NCBI GenBank assembly: GCA_964016885.1
Contig: OZ024748.1
Coordinates: 53,320,001 to 53,384,000, forward strand
DNA from: Eledone cirrhosa
Taxonomy: Eukaryota
Length of the DNA: 64,000 bases
Direction of reading: 5' to 3'
The position numbers and the translations under genes are program-made. This document shows positions 25,382-40,044 of the stretch, piece after piece. The notes beneath the pieces are model-generated. The model was given only the letters and a program-made list of their open reading frames with translations. It had not been told where the DNA came from and ran no database searches. Every line of letters starts with the position of its first letter. Within the stretch, counting starts at the first letter, position 1.

Positions 25382-25636
25382 ATACAATTGAAGCCCGGCA
25401 TTTGTGGGGGTTACGTTACTAGAACACCTGCGAAGAGTGAAAAACTGCGAATATTGTATTTGGTTCATAAAAATTCCTATAAACATCAAAATATAACGTA
25501 AAATATAATAAAAAAAGATGAAGCGTCTTATGAGAGGGGCGTCCAATAGGCCAGCAAATACAGTAATAATTATTAGTTAGGTTCTAAGGAAAATTCTGCG
25601 AATAACTAGGACCACGAATGGCAGGGGTACACTGTA
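25382..25636. mobile_element. Tc1/mariner (Tigger/pogo-like) MITE; second copy at about 53740-54040
   Basis: Ends ...ggggtacactg|TA; internal gcgaagagtgaaaaac...attattagttaggttctaag is shared by both copies. Confidence 0.7.
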
Positions 25637-25679
25637 TATAGATACAGAGAGAAAGGAGAGAGAGATAGGGAGAGATGAA

Positions 25680-25814
25680 TAATAATAATATAATAATAAT
25701 AATAATGAAATTATTGTGTACAGTGCTCAGGTGCACTACAACTCATCAAAGGTGCATGTATAGTACCTAGAATAATGTACAAATGTCAGGAAAATGAACA
25801 GCGTATGAGTCATG

Positions 25815-25847
<33 letters not shown>

Positions 25848-26072
25848 AATATTGTGTATAGTGCCCAGGTGCACCACAACTCGTCAAAGAGTGCATGTAC
25901 AGTACATAGGGCAATGCACAAACATTAGGAAAATGAACAGTGCACGAGTCATGATACACACATGTGTGCATGTGTATGGAAGGGGTACATCAGGTGTAGT
26001 TTTGGCGTATTTCGGGAAGCATGAGTGTCTTAAAGGATGCAGTGTCTCGGCAGCTAACAACTGACGCAGGCA
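25680..26072 (-). mobile_element. CR1 LINE 3' end with a tandemly duplicated 3' UTR and (ATT)n tails
   Basis: Matches 11449-11690; gaaattattgtgtacagtgctcaggtgcac-like sequence occurs twice (about 25707 and 25846). Confidence 0.85.
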
Positions 26073-27349
26073 GTTAGGAGGTGACCACCTCGCAGGATAT
26101 TCCCTTCTCAAAAATTTATATATCTAATCATGTAGACATTTGTATGAATAAAGTTATATATAGATATATTTTATCTGAGTTTTTAAATCTATTCTTGCCA
26201 TTCTTTCTCTCCACATACTCTCTCTTCTCCTCATTATTCTGTGTATGTATGTGTGTATGTATACATATGAATCTTGTTATATATCTATGTATAGATGTGT
26301 GTATGTGCATATATATATATATAGGTATAGATGTGTGTATGTGCATATATATATATATATAGATGTGTGTATGTATATATATATATATATATACATATAT
26401 ATATACATACATATGTGTATATATATATTTATATATATATATATACATATGTGTATATATATATATATACATATGTGTATATATATATATATATATATAA
26501 ATGTATATATACATATGTGTATATATATATATATATGTATGTGTATATATATATATACATACATATATCATCATCATCATCATCATCATATCTTTATACG
26601 CATGAAAACACAAAGACAAGATCCCATAACATCAACACATACAAATACACTAGATACTATCCAGTACACCACACACACACACACTTACATACCACACACA
26701 TATACATCAGCCACCCCCATTATACCCACTCCACATACCACACATTTATATCACACCTATCACATACTTCACACACTAACACACATATGTCAGACACACA
26801 CTTCCTATCCCATCCACACACACACATGCCTGCGCAAACACATACATGCAAACACACACATATTACACACAGCCATCACAAATACCATACACTTTTTACA
26901 CACACACATATCACATACTCACACACATATTTTATACCCATCACACACATCACATACACACACACATATTACATACACACACACATATCACATACTCATT
27001 ACAGAACCCCCCCCCATACACACACACCCACCATACAGTATATATTACACACTATCACACATACCACATATTCACACATATTTTATACTCATTACCGACA
27101 GCCCATACACACTCACACACACATCTTCACACACTCACACATCTTCACATACTCACACACACATCTTCACACACTTACACACACATCCACACACACTCCC
27201 ACACACATCCACATACACACACACACATTAACACACACACACTATATACATATATATTACACACACACACTCTCTCACACATACACACACACATTAACAC
27301 ACAGACACTATATACATATATATTACACACCAATTATACATCCCACATA

Positions 27350-29663
27350 GTCACACATTCACACATACATCAGACAGCACACATACATACATACATACAT
27401 ACATACATACATACATACATACATACATACATACATACATCACACATTCACACATACATCACAGACAGCATATATACATACATACATACATACATCACGC
27501 ATTCACACATACATCACAGACAGCACACATACATACATACATCACACATTCACACATACATCACACACACACATACATACATACATACATCACACATTCA
27601 CACATACATCACAGACAGCACACACACATACATACATACATACATACATACATCGCAGATTCACACATACATCACACACACACATACATACATACATACA
27701 TCACACATTCACACATACATCACTGACAGCACACATACATACATACATACATCACGCATTCACACATACATCACACATTCACACATACATACATACATCA
27801 CACATTCACACATACATCACAGACAGCACACATACATACATACATCACACATTCACACATACATCACACACACACATACATACATACATATATCACACAT
27901 TCACACATACATCACAGACAGCACACATACATACATACATCACACATTCACACATACATCACAGACAGCATACATACATACATACATACATCACGCATTC
28001 ACACATACATCACACATTCACACATACATACATACATCACACATTCACACATACATCACAGACAGCACACATACATACATACATACATCACACATTCACA
28101 CATACATCACAGACAGCATACATACATACATACATACATCACACATTCACACATACATCACAGACAGCATACATACATACATACATACATCACACATTCA
28201 CACATACATCACAGACAGCATACATACATACATATATCACGCATTCACACATACATCACTGACAGCATACATACATACATACATACATCACACATTCACA
28301 CATACATCACAGACAGCACACATACATACATACATCACACATTCACACATACATAACAGACAGCATACATACATACATACATACATCACACATTCACACA
28401 TACATCACAGACAGCATACATACATACATACATACATCACACATCCACACATACATCACACACACACATACATACATACATCACACATTCACACATACAT
28501 CACACACACACATACATACATACATACATCACGCATTCACACATACATCACAGACAGCACACACACATACATACATACATACATACATACATCGCAGATT
28601 CACACATACATCACACACACATACATACATACATACATCACACATTCACACATACATCACTGACAGCACACATACATACATACATACATCACACATTCAC
28701 ACATACATCACAGACAGCACACATACATACATACATACATCACACATTCACACATACATCACAGACAGCATACATACATACATACATACATCACACATTC
28801 ACACATACATCACAGACAGCATACATACATACATACATCACGCATTCACACATACATCACAGACAGCATACATACATACATACATACATCACACATTCAC
28901 ACATACATCACAGACAGCATACATACATACATACATACATCACACATTCACACATACATCACAGACAGCATACATACATACATACATACATCACACATTC
29001 ACACATACATCACACACACACATACATACATACATACATCACGCATTCACACATACATCACAGACAGCATACATACATACATACATACATCACACATTCA
29101 CACATACATCACACACACACATACATACATACATACATCACACATTCACACATACATCACAGACAGCATACATACATACATACATACATCACACATTCAC
29201 ACATACATCACACACACACATACATACATACATACATCACGCATTCACACATACATCACAGACAGCATACATACATACATACATACATATATACATATAT
29301 CACACATTCACACATACATCACAGACAGCATACATACATACATACATACATCACACATTCACACATACATCACAGACAGCATACATACATACATACATAC
29401 ATCACACATTCACACATACATCACACACACACATACATACATACATACATACATACATCACACATTCACACATACATCACACACACACATACATACATAC
29501 ATACATCACGCATTCACACATACATCACTGACAGCATACATACATACATACATCACACATTCACACATACATCACTGACAGCATACATACATACATACAT
29601 CACACATTCACACATACATCACTGACAGCATACATACATACATACATACATCACACATTCACA
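27350..29663. repeat. Minisatellite of about 2.3 kb, catcacacattcacacatacatcacagacagca(cata)n
   Basis: Directly visible, 40-50-bp variable unit. Confidence 0.95.
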
Positions 29664-29774
29664 CCCTCCTCACATATATATTACAAATACCTCCTCCACC
29701 CCCACCGATATATATATATTACCCGAAGTCACCGACACCCGCATATATATATATCACATTCTACCTTCCACCCT

Positions 29775-29775
29775 T

Positions 29776-29829
<54 letters not shown>

Positions 29830-29863
29830 TGCTATATATTTATATATACGTGTATATGTATTA

Positions 29864-29904
<41 letters not shown>

Positions 29905-30228
29905 TACTGCTATATATTTATATATATATATATACAAATATATAAGTATATATACAAATATATATGTATATATATATACAAATATATATATACATATATA
30001 TATATATATACAAATATATAAGTATATATACAAATATATACGTATATATATATACAAATATATATATACATATATATATATGTATATACATATATATATA
30101 TATATATATACAAATATATAAGTATATATACAAATATATACGTATATATATATACAAATATATATATACATATATATATATGTATATACATATATATATA
30201 TATATATATACAAATATATATATATATA
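29775..30228. repeat. (TA)n with a higher-order tacaaatata unit
   Basis: Directly visible. Confidence 0.9.
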
Positions 30229-30443
30229 ACATCATCCTCTCCAACCCATACACACATATATTAGGCTGTTCCCTTCAACATACATACAATATGTATATAT
30301 ATATAAACCAGTTCCATCCAACACACACACCTCCCCTGCCCCTCTCTCTCTACCCACGTACCCCCACCTCTACACACACACACACATACCCCCTCCCCTC
30401 CCCTTACACCACCACCCCCTACACACATATCTACATATTTGAT

Positions 30444-30517
30444 TTACAAATCAACTTGAAAGGATTAATGTTTCTCGACAGATTCTATAATTAATCCCAC
30501 CATGTTGATTGAAGTAA
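30444..30517 (+). ncRNA. Pre-miRNA-sized imperfect hairpin
   Basis: ttac/gtaa, aatcaac/gttgatt and ggattaat/attaatcc are nested. Confidence 0.45.
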
Positions 30518-30694
30518 TTTCTAACTGATACTTCCTTTCATACCACAAACACCTCCACTACCACCATATCCACTAGCACTGACACCAACACCACCTCAAC
30601 CACTACCACTGACACTACCACCGACTCCAACACCACCACCACTGACAACAGCGATATCACCATTACTCATTAATTTTTCTTTCCCACTTCTACC

Positions 30695-31080
30695 ACACTA
30701 CCCATTAATTTTTATGTACCACCACCACTACCCATTAATTTTTTTTATACCACTACCCATTATTTTTTCTGTACAACCACCACTACCCATTAATTGTGCT
30801 ATACCACCACCACTACCCATTATTTTGTTTTATACCACTACCCATTATTTTTCTGTACCACCACCACTACCCATTAATTGTTCTATACCACCACTACCCA
30901 TTAATTTTTTTATACCACTACCCATTATTTTTTCTGTACCACCACCACTACCCATTAATTGTCCTATGCCACCACCACTACCCATTAATTTTTATGTACC
31001 ACCACCACTACCCATTAATTGTCCTATGCCACCACCACTAGCCATTAATTTTTCTATACCACCACCACTACCCATTAAAT
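30695..31080. repeat. Minisatellite of about 30 bp, ccaccactacccattaatt...
   Basis: Directly visible. Confidence 0.9.
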
Positions 31081-31789
31081 TTACCAAAAACAGAACTACC
31101 ACGCATTGATATTACCATGCAACATGACCACCACACATCAATATTACCATACCAGCATCACGATACCATCATCACCATACCACCATCACCACTACCATAC
31201 AATAATTTTCATAAACCATTGTCACAACCACCATACACAATTTTACTATACCACACCACCATCACCACTAGGATACACTAACTTTACTTTACCATTGTCA
31301 CCGCCATTACCCCTACCACACAATAATTTTACTATACCATTGTCACCGTTACCACTACCGCCACCACCACCACTACCACCACCACCACCACCACCACCAC
31401 GACCACCACCACCACCACCACCACCACCACCACCACCATCACCACCACCACCACAGTCACATGCCACTACTACCATTTTGTAACCAATGAAGGATTCTCT
31501 GTGTGCCTGACTTAGCTGTTGCAATTCTCTAAAATCTCACTCCCCATCTTATAAAAAGGGTGAATAATGTGGTTCTGGGGTACCTACAAATAGAAAAAGG
31601 ATGAGATGGTCATGGCTGGAATGCTTTTGATCGTAGGTCAGCTCAATCAGGGCTGAAGTGGTGAAGGGTTCAACAATGAACACCATCTTAACTAATAACA
31701 ACAGTAATTTGTTGGGGGTAGGCAAAGTACTTCGCCACTTGTCTTGGTAATGAGTCAGCTGTGGGGATTTAAAGTTATATGCCTGTCTC

Positions 31790-32510
31790 AAGCATGAAGA
31801 CTCATCAGGCTGATGCTTATCCTGGTTTCTGTGGCATGAACCCTCTAGGTGCTGTGGGTGACAGATGTCACTGATAGGGTGATCTCCTCTTAATACATAA
31901 TACAGTGTCAAGGGAAGCAATTCATAAAAAAATTCAGCCCTCTAAAGATTAAGAGACTGAGAGTACAAGTCTTCTCCCTGGACAGGATATCAGTCCATCC
32001 CAGGGTTCTATGGCTCCACTTGGTCAGGAATGACCATGGTTTTGCACCTAGAAAGTTTCCCTCCGAGGCACAAGCCTGGGCAAGGTTTGCCTTGTGGAAG
32101 ACCAGTAGTCACCCATGCGTACCAGACTCCCCTCTCCATGCCACCAATGTTGTCCAAGGGAAAGGCAATGACCGATACAGCTTGGCACCAGTGACTCATT
32201 TCTACAGCTGAGAAGCTGGAGCAACGTGAAATAAAGTGTCTTGCTCAAGAACACAACGCATCACCCGGTCCAAGAATTGAACTCACAACCTCTCAATTGC
32301 AAGCCCAATGCTTTAACCACTAAGCCATGCACCTTCACCAGTTAAACCCCAGCTATTGCTGCTGGTACTCGTTTTCAGCTGAGTATATTGGATTAGGATG
32401 AAATGAAGTGTTTTGCTCAAGAACACAACACACAAGCCAGTCCAGGAATCAAAGCCACAACATTATAATCATAAGTCCAACATCCTTACTAATAGACCAC
32501 GGGCCTCCAC
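31790..32510 (-). mobile_element. Nested tRNA-SINEs: a SINE B-headed copy (about 32030-32336) inside an older SINE of the 59605-59865 type
   Basis: tRNA head plus cttgagcaagacactttatttcac core on -; the flanks match 59605-59865. Confidence 0.7.
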
Positions 32511-32541
32511 AAAGTTAAATGTGAACGAGGGTTATTTTCTC

Positions 32542-32740
32542 TTTAAATAACATACGTTAATATTTTTGGCTAGAGTAAAATATACATGAAATATAGAAAT
32601 TTGTTGAATTACAACTTTTCTGCATTATTTGCAAAAGCTGAACAGTCAAATCCATCCCTTTATTTAGCTAAATATGTCCTCCCTTCCTTTGCATCTTTAC
32701 TTGATAGAGTTGTCACTATCAGAATCAGTTGTTATTTAAA
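32542..32740 (+). ncRNA. Long imperfect RNA hairpin
   Basis: tttaaataaca/tgttatttaaa (11 bp), tttggctag/ttagctaaa, aaata/tattt, tagaaa/tttctg and gttg/caac are nested. Confidence 0.55.
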
Positions 32741-33247
32741 TGTACTCCTATCTTAGACATGTCAAGAACATTATTTTTATATATATATATTTTTTTTATG
32801 GTTCTTAGGACAGGATACTTTTTCTAATGCCAGTCACATTAGAGAGAGTACTGGGTACATTTTATCATGACAGCAGCACTAGATAGGTCATCTTGCTCCC
32901 AACAAGACTAAAAAAATAATCATCTCTATGCAATGTTGTCATCAGTCGTTCAATAACCATTTTTCAGAGTGTACTGGGTGCATTTTATCTTGATAGCAGC
33001 AGATGAGAAATTGTTTTGTTCTCAACTAGACTATCATCTCTAATACTACGTTGTCATCAGTCATTCGATAACCACTTTTCAGAGTGTACTGGGTGCATTT
33101 TAACATGATACGCACACATAAGAAGTTGTTTTGTTCTCAACTAGTCTGTTCTATCTACGCTATGTTGTAGCCATTCATTTGTTAACCACTCTGCAGAGTC
33201 TGTTGAGAGCATTTTGTTGTTGCACTAACATTAAGTTAGTTTTTAAG

Positions 33248-33442
33248 GGCCGGTGAAGTGGCAGTATCGGTAGAGGGTCGGTAGAAGGTCGGACTTGCTT
33301 TCCAGCATAGTTACGTCCCTTTACGATCTGAGTTCAAATCCGGCACAAGTTAACTTTGCCTTTCATCCCTACGGGGGTCGATAAAATAAAGTACCAGTAA
33401 TGTACTGGGTAATTGCTGGCCTTGTGCCTAAAATAGAAACAA
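33248..33442 (+). mobile_element. SINE family A with an 18-bp TSD
   Basis: attaagttagttt(t/g)taag on both flanks. Confidence 0.85.
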
Positions 33443-33879
33443 TTAAGTTAGTTTGTAAGACATCTGTGAAGACTTACAATTCCTATGTATTTTACAATGT
33501 CAGTATTTGTTCATGGTAACGTGACTGAGAGTATGTATATAAGAGAGAGTGGCAGGCAGAGGAGGTAGTGACAGAGACAAGTAGACAGCACCATGCTGGT
33601 TGTTGGTAAGGAGATTGAGTTTATAGAAACAGCATGAGTGATGGTGTGGGGTGGGGGTAAAGAGAGTGATGTACATTAACATTATCAATAATGAGTAAAG
33701 GGGGTAGGAGAGTGGTGTATAGTAATATACATAGGTGATACACATATTGATGAGTATATACATATATATATATATGTGTGTGTATATATCAGGGGTGTGT
33801 GTCTATATGTTTGTCTGTATCTCAGTATGTGTACATGGTTATGGGCAAGATAAATGTTATTATATAACTATGAATATAG

Positions 33880-34732
<853 letters not shown>

Positions 34733-34941
34733 AATGGAAGTACAGCATATTCGAAGCCTGAGCCGCAGCTAAGCCGACGAATGCTTTCATCAGTGCAGCC
34801 AAGCACTCGACAAGGTATAGGACCTCAGAGTAATAAAACAGTTTAAAGGGCTTTGCAAACTGAAGACAGCGACCGGTAATTCAGCTGCGGGGTCCCTAGC
34901 AACGAAAGAACTGACTCGTGAGAAAAAATACATACATATAT

Positions 34942-34979
<38 letters not shown>

Positions 34980-34981
<2 letters not shown>

Positions 34982-35315
34982 AGGCACATGATTTAGTGGT
35001 TAGAGCATTGGGCTTGCAATCGAAAGGTTGTGAGTTCAATTCTCAGACCGGGTGATGTGTTGTTTCCTTGAGCAAGACACTTTATTTCACATTGCTCCTG
35101 TTTACTCAGCTGTAGAAATGAGATGATAGGGACTGGGGTCCATATCATTCCACTGCAAAGTGGTCGTGGAGGTGCCACAGCACAAAGCACCCAGTACTCA
35201 CTGTAAATGAGGTTGGTGTTAGGAAGGGCATCCAGCTGTAGAAATCAAGCCAGAATCAGTTCCCATCCCACCCTCGCAAGCAAGGAAAAGCGGACGTAAA
35301 ATGATGATGATAATG
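34980..35315 (+). mobile_element. tRNA-derived SINE family B (full length) with an RTE-derived 3' tail
   Basis: A-box tttagtggttaga, B-box gagttcaattctc, core cttgagcaagacactt, tail cccacc...gcaagca...gaaaagcggacgtaaaatgatgat. Confidence 0.9.
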
Positions 35316-35578
35316 ATGATATATATACATACAATACTCACCCAGTGTTTTTTCATTGCCATGCTCTCTGATGTCTTGTAGCTATGAAATCAATGTAGCC
35401 AGTCAAATAGATTTCCAGCAATTAGCTATTGGCAATAATCTGGGCCATTCCAGTATTACCTGGCAACAATACACTCACTCATGGAAACCACTGCTAATGA
35501 TGCAATCACATCTATGTAAAGGGCAACAAATACAGTAACAATATTTACTTGCGCAATGCATATTCATATATATGTATA

Positions 35579-35627
<49 letters not shown>

Positions 35628-35674
35628 TTGCAAGCAGGGAAAAGCGGACGTAAAATGATGATGATGATGATGAT

Positions 35675-36110
35675 ATACGATATTAACAAATGGAAACTAT
35701 ATTTATAAAACCATATTTATTTCATTATACATATTTCAAGGACAAAATATAATATAGAGCAGTTTTATAAATAAATATTGACATACCCTTAAAGAATGCA
35801 ACCATTACTGTTGGAAGCTCCCGGATAGTATCTGGATACTATCCGGGAGCTTCCAACAGTAATGGTTGCATTCGTTAAGGGTATGTCAATATTTATTTAT
35901 AAAACTGCTCTATATTATATTTTATCTGATGAAAGCACACCATAATTTGACTTGGTGTCCTTGAAATATGTATCATGAAATAAATATGGTTTTATAAATA
36001 TAGTTTCTATTTGTTAATATCGTATTTTTACTCCAATTATTTGTTGAGTGCTTTATATCAGTTAAAAATATATTTGCTTGTTGCATCCCAACAATTTATA
36101 TAGAACTTTT
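35675..36110 (+). mobile_element. PLE-type terminal repeat (family H3) with a fold-back inverted copy
   Basis: Palindrome centred at 35833-35834 with arms spanning 35675-36025; contains the hammerhead at 35918-35982. Confidence 0.7.
35918..35982 (+). ncRNA. Type I hammerhead ribozyme (family H3), complete
   Basis: TATTTTAT-CTGATGA-AAG-c-ACACCA/TGGTGT-c-CTT-GAAA-TATGTA-TC-ATGAAATA, with an AUC triplet. Confidence 0.7.
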
Positions 36111-36134
36111 ACATATATATATATATATATATAT

Positions 36135-36350
36135 ATACAAATATAAAATAGTGAGAATCGTATTTCGGCTTAGGCATTAACGAAAAACAACTTCCGAGAT
36201 GTGTGGCAAGCGCTCAATGATTCAGATGAACCAGAGCTACAACATATGTTAAAGGCCAAACACACTGAGACGATGGTTAAACAATCATACGGACAGCCAT
36301 TAAAACGACCAAGTAATTCGGGTCAAACAAATAAAAATATATGTGATTGA
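36135..36350 (-). mobile_element. 3' tail of the same (TA)n-associated retroelement family as 837-921
   Basis: On -: gagcgcttgcca...ctcggaag...cgaaatacgattctcac...ttatatttgtatata. Confidence 0.55.
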
Positions 36351-36372
36351 AAAAATTTCCTATATATATATA

Positions 36373-36495
36373 ACGGCCAGAGCTCAGCCGTCGGGGTCCT
36401 GGCACTCTTTTCCTATTCCCCACTCTACTACCCAAAGTATTGAGTACTCTGGTGTGTTATAGTCCACCTAGTATCTTACCACAACCTCTTTGTTC
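36373..36495 (+). mobile_element. PLE-type family H1 fragment
   Basis: acggccagagctcagccgtcggggtc...ccactctactacccaaagtattgagtac matches 13720-13838. Confidence 0.75.
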
Positions 36496-36722
36496 CATCC
36501 ACTGTGTCGATGACACAACAGTCCACACTGTAAATGTGGTTGGTGTTAGGAAGGGCATCCAGCTGTAAAAAACCTGCCAGAGACGCTTCCATGCGAGCGA
36601 GACATGGTCTCTCGACATTTTCCGCATCAAATCGAACAAAACAGTCTAACCCATGCTAGCGTGGAAGATGGACATTAAATGATGATGATATACACATATA
36701 TATATGTAAATATACATATAAA

Positions 36723-37055
36723 TGGAGGCACATGGCTTAGTGGTTAGAGCATTGGCCTTGCAATCGAAAGGTTGTGAGTTCAATTCTCAGACCGGGTGAT
36801 GTGTTGTTTCCTTGAGCAAGACACTTTATTTCACATTGCTCCTGTTTACTCAGCTGTAGAAATGAGATGATAGGGACAGGGGTCCAAATCATTCCACTGC
36901 AAAGTGGTCATGGAGGTGGCACAGCAAAAAAAGCACCCAGCTCACACTGTAAATGAGGTCGGTGTTAGGAACGGCATCCAGCTGTAGAAATCAAGCCAGA
37001 ATCAGTTCCCGTCCCACCCTTGCAAGCAGGGAAAAGTGGACGTAAAAATGATGAT
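36723..37055 (+). mobile_element. SINE family B, full length
   Basis: Same head, core and tail as 34980. Confidence 0.9.
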
Positions 37056-37069
37056 AATGATATATATAC

Positions 37070-37100
<31 letters not shown>

Positions 37101-37150
37101 TATATATATATCATCATCATCAGAAAGATCTAAGAGAATTTAAAGTGACT

Positions 37151-37850
37151 GTCCAGAAATAGCCGTCGAAACGGCTTGAGCTCTGCCATCGGGGTCATAC
37201 ATTTTCCTATATATATATATTGTTATACTTTGGGAGGGTCATGTTGCCAATAAAAAACACACGCACCAGTTGCTTTCACTCCAATTTATTATAAATTAAA
37301 TTATAAATTTCTGGTTGGTTGGTTCCACAACCGGATGGTTGTTCATATATTGTCAAAGTTCTTTCGTCACTCATTCTCTGACCTCATCAGTGACCAGGGA
37401 TTCTTCTCTTTGTTTTGTGCCTCTCTTTTGTACTGTCCTAAGCCATCTTGTTTTTGTGTGTGTTGTGTGCTTAGTTTGTGCATGTGTTACATCCGGGTGT
37501 CTGTGTGTGTTTTTATTTGTTTATTTATTTGTTTATTTATTTGTTTATTTATTTGTTTATTTATTTGTTTATTTATTTGTTTATTTATTTGTTTATTTAT
37601 ATGTTACTGGTTGCTTGTTTGTTCTATGTGTGTGTATGTGTGGGTGTTTTCATTTTGTCCTTAATTGTAAGTTGTGATGTTGCTATTCCATTCATGTTTT
37701 CTATTTAATTTTGGTTGGAGTTCATTTATGTTTATTGCCTCTGTGATTTGTCTAAATATTTTCCTATTACCCACTCTACTACCCTAAATATTGAGTACTC
37801 TGGCTGGCGCGTTATGGTCCATCTGGTTCCTTACCACAACTCCTTCATTA
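37151..37850. mobile_element. Family H1 PLE fragment (+; 37151-37210 and 37760-37850) interrupted by a family H2 PLE fragment (-; about 37220-37755)
   Basis: agccgtcgaaacggcttgagctc resumes as ttcctattacccactctac after the insert; attttcctat is duplicated on both sides of the insert. Confidence 0.7.
37352..37394 (-). ncRNA. Minimal type I hammerhead (family H2)
   Basis: On -: GTCA-CTGATGA-G-GTCA/TGAC-GAAA-G(AA)C-TT-TGAC. Confidence 0.65.
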
Positions 37851-38109
37851 TATATGTATATATATAGACACTTCTCAACTATAGAATGAGGTTAAGTAAT
37901 GTACTTTACTTTAACTTGATGTCTCCTGTGAGTTTAGACAAGAAAAAATTATATATCTTTTTTGTTGTTCTCGTTGTTGTTGTTGTTGTTGCTGTTGTTT
38001 TTGTTTGTTTTTTCTGTCTTTTGATAATTGAAAAACAAAATCTTTAAAAAAAAGGGGTTTTTTTTTGTTCCTTCACCAACATTTCTATGTAAACCTTCAG
38101 AGGTACCCT

Positions 38110-38517
38110 TCCTCATCATCATCATCATCATTGTCATCAACAATTGTCAACATCTTGTTCATCATCATCATCACCATCATTGTTATGATCATTATTATCA
38201 ATATCTTATCCTTCATCATCATTCACAATGATGATGATGATTATCATCATCATCTCCTTATTCTTATCATCTGATATTCCCCATCACCATCATCATCATT
38301 ACCACAACCACTACCACTACCATCATCATCATCACCACTACCACTACCACCACCACCATCATCATCACTACCACAACCACTACCACTACCATCATCATCA
38401 TCACCACTACCACTACCACCACCACCATCATCATCACTACCACAACCACTACCACCACGATCAATCATCACCACCACAACAATAACCATCATCATCACCA
38501 CTACCACAACCACTACC

Positions 38518-38551
<34 letters not shown>

Positions 38552-38805
38552 TCACTACCACAACCACTACCACCACCATCATCATCATCACCACAACAAC
38601 AACCATCATCATCATCATCATCACTACCACAACCACTACCACCACCATCATCATCATCACCACTACCACCACCACCACCATCATCATCACCACCACCACA
38701 ACCACTACCAATATCATCACCACCACCACCACCCACAACCACTATCATCATCATCATCATCACCACTACCACCACCATCACTGCAACCACCACCATCATC
38801 ATCAT
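38110..38805. repeat. (CAT/CAC)n tract
   Basis: Directly visible. Confidence 0.9.
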
Positions 38806-38859
38806 GTTGGTTGTATAGTGATATTGGTAGTGATGGTATAGTGGTATTGGTGTTGGTAA

Positions 38860-40025
38860 TGGTGGTGGTGTTAATGGTATAGTGGTATTGGTGGTGGTGG
38901 TGTTGATTGTAATGTTAATGGTATAGTGGGTATTGGTGGTGGTGGTGTTGATTGTAATGTTAATGGTATAGTGGGTATTGGTGGTGGTGGTGGTGTTAAC
39001 GGTATAGTGGTATTGGTGGTGGAGATGGTGGTGGTGTTAATGGTATAGTGGTATTGGTGGTGGTGGTGTTGATTGTAATGTTAATGGTATAGTGGGTATT
39101 GGTGGTGGTGGTGGTGTTAACGGTATAGTGGTATTGGTGGTGGAGATGGTGGTGGTGTTAATGGTATAGTGGTATTGGTGGTGGTGGTGTTGATTGTAAT
39201 GTTAATGGTATAGTGGGTATTGTTGGTGGTGGTGGTGTTAACGGTATAGTGGTATTGGTGGTGGAGATGGTGGTGGTGTTAATGGTATAGTGGTATTGGT
39301 GGTGGTGGTGTTGATTGTAATGTTAATGGTATAGTGGGTATTGGTGGTGGTGGTGGTGTTAACGGTATAGTGGTATTGGTGGTGGAGATGGTGGTGGTGT
39401 TAATGGTATAGTGGTATTGGTGGTGGTGGTGTTGATTGTAATGTTAATGGTATAGTGGGTATTGGTGGTGGTGGTGGTGTTAACGGTATAGTGGTATTGG
39501 TGGTGGAGATGGTGGTGGTGTTAATGGTATAGTGGTATTGGTGGTGGTGGTGTTGATTGTAATGTTAATGGTATAGTGGGTATTGTTGGTGGTGGTGGTG
39601 TTAACGGTATAGTGGTATTGGTGGTGGAGATGGTGGTGGTGTTAATGGTATAGTGGTATTGGTGGTGGTGGTGTTGATTGTAATGTTAATGGTATAGTGG
39701 GTATTGGTGGTGGTGGTGGTGTTAACGGTATAGTGGTATTGGTGGTGGAGATGGTGGTGGTGTTAATGGTATAGTGGTATTGGTGGTGGTGGTGTTGATT
39801 GTAATGTTAATGGTATAGTGGGTATTGGTGGTGGTGGTGGTGTTAACGGTATAGTGGTATTGGTGGTGGAGATGGTGGTGGTGTTAATGGTATAGTGGTA
39901 TTGGTGGTGGTGGTGTTGATTGTAATGTTAATGGTATAGTGGGTATTGGTGGTGGTGGTGGTGTTAACGGTATAGTGGTATTGGTGGTGGAGATGGTGGT
40001 GGTGTTAATGGTATAGTGGTATTGG
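38860..40025. repeat. 121-bp minisatellite, about 9 near-identical copies, built from ggt-rich subunits
   Basis: The ggagatgg marker recurs every 121 bp from 39021 to 39989. Confidence 0.95.
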
Positions 40026-40044
40026 TAGTGATGGTGGTTGTAGG

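Noticed and set aside
33592-33610. Start exon ATGCTGGTTGTTG|gtaagg
   Set aside because: No promoter or downstream exon evidence; it lies in a hairpin arm (catgctg/cagcatg) and such matches occur by chance.
34741-34797. Hammerhead on - (CTGATGA-AAGC...GCTT-CGAAT)
   Set aside because: It lacks GAAA and an NUH triplet in register; at best a decayed PLE-like terminus.
34980-35050. Functional tRNA genes at SINE heads
   Set aside because: A/B boxes are present, but the acceptor stems are broken and each continues into a SINE core and tail.
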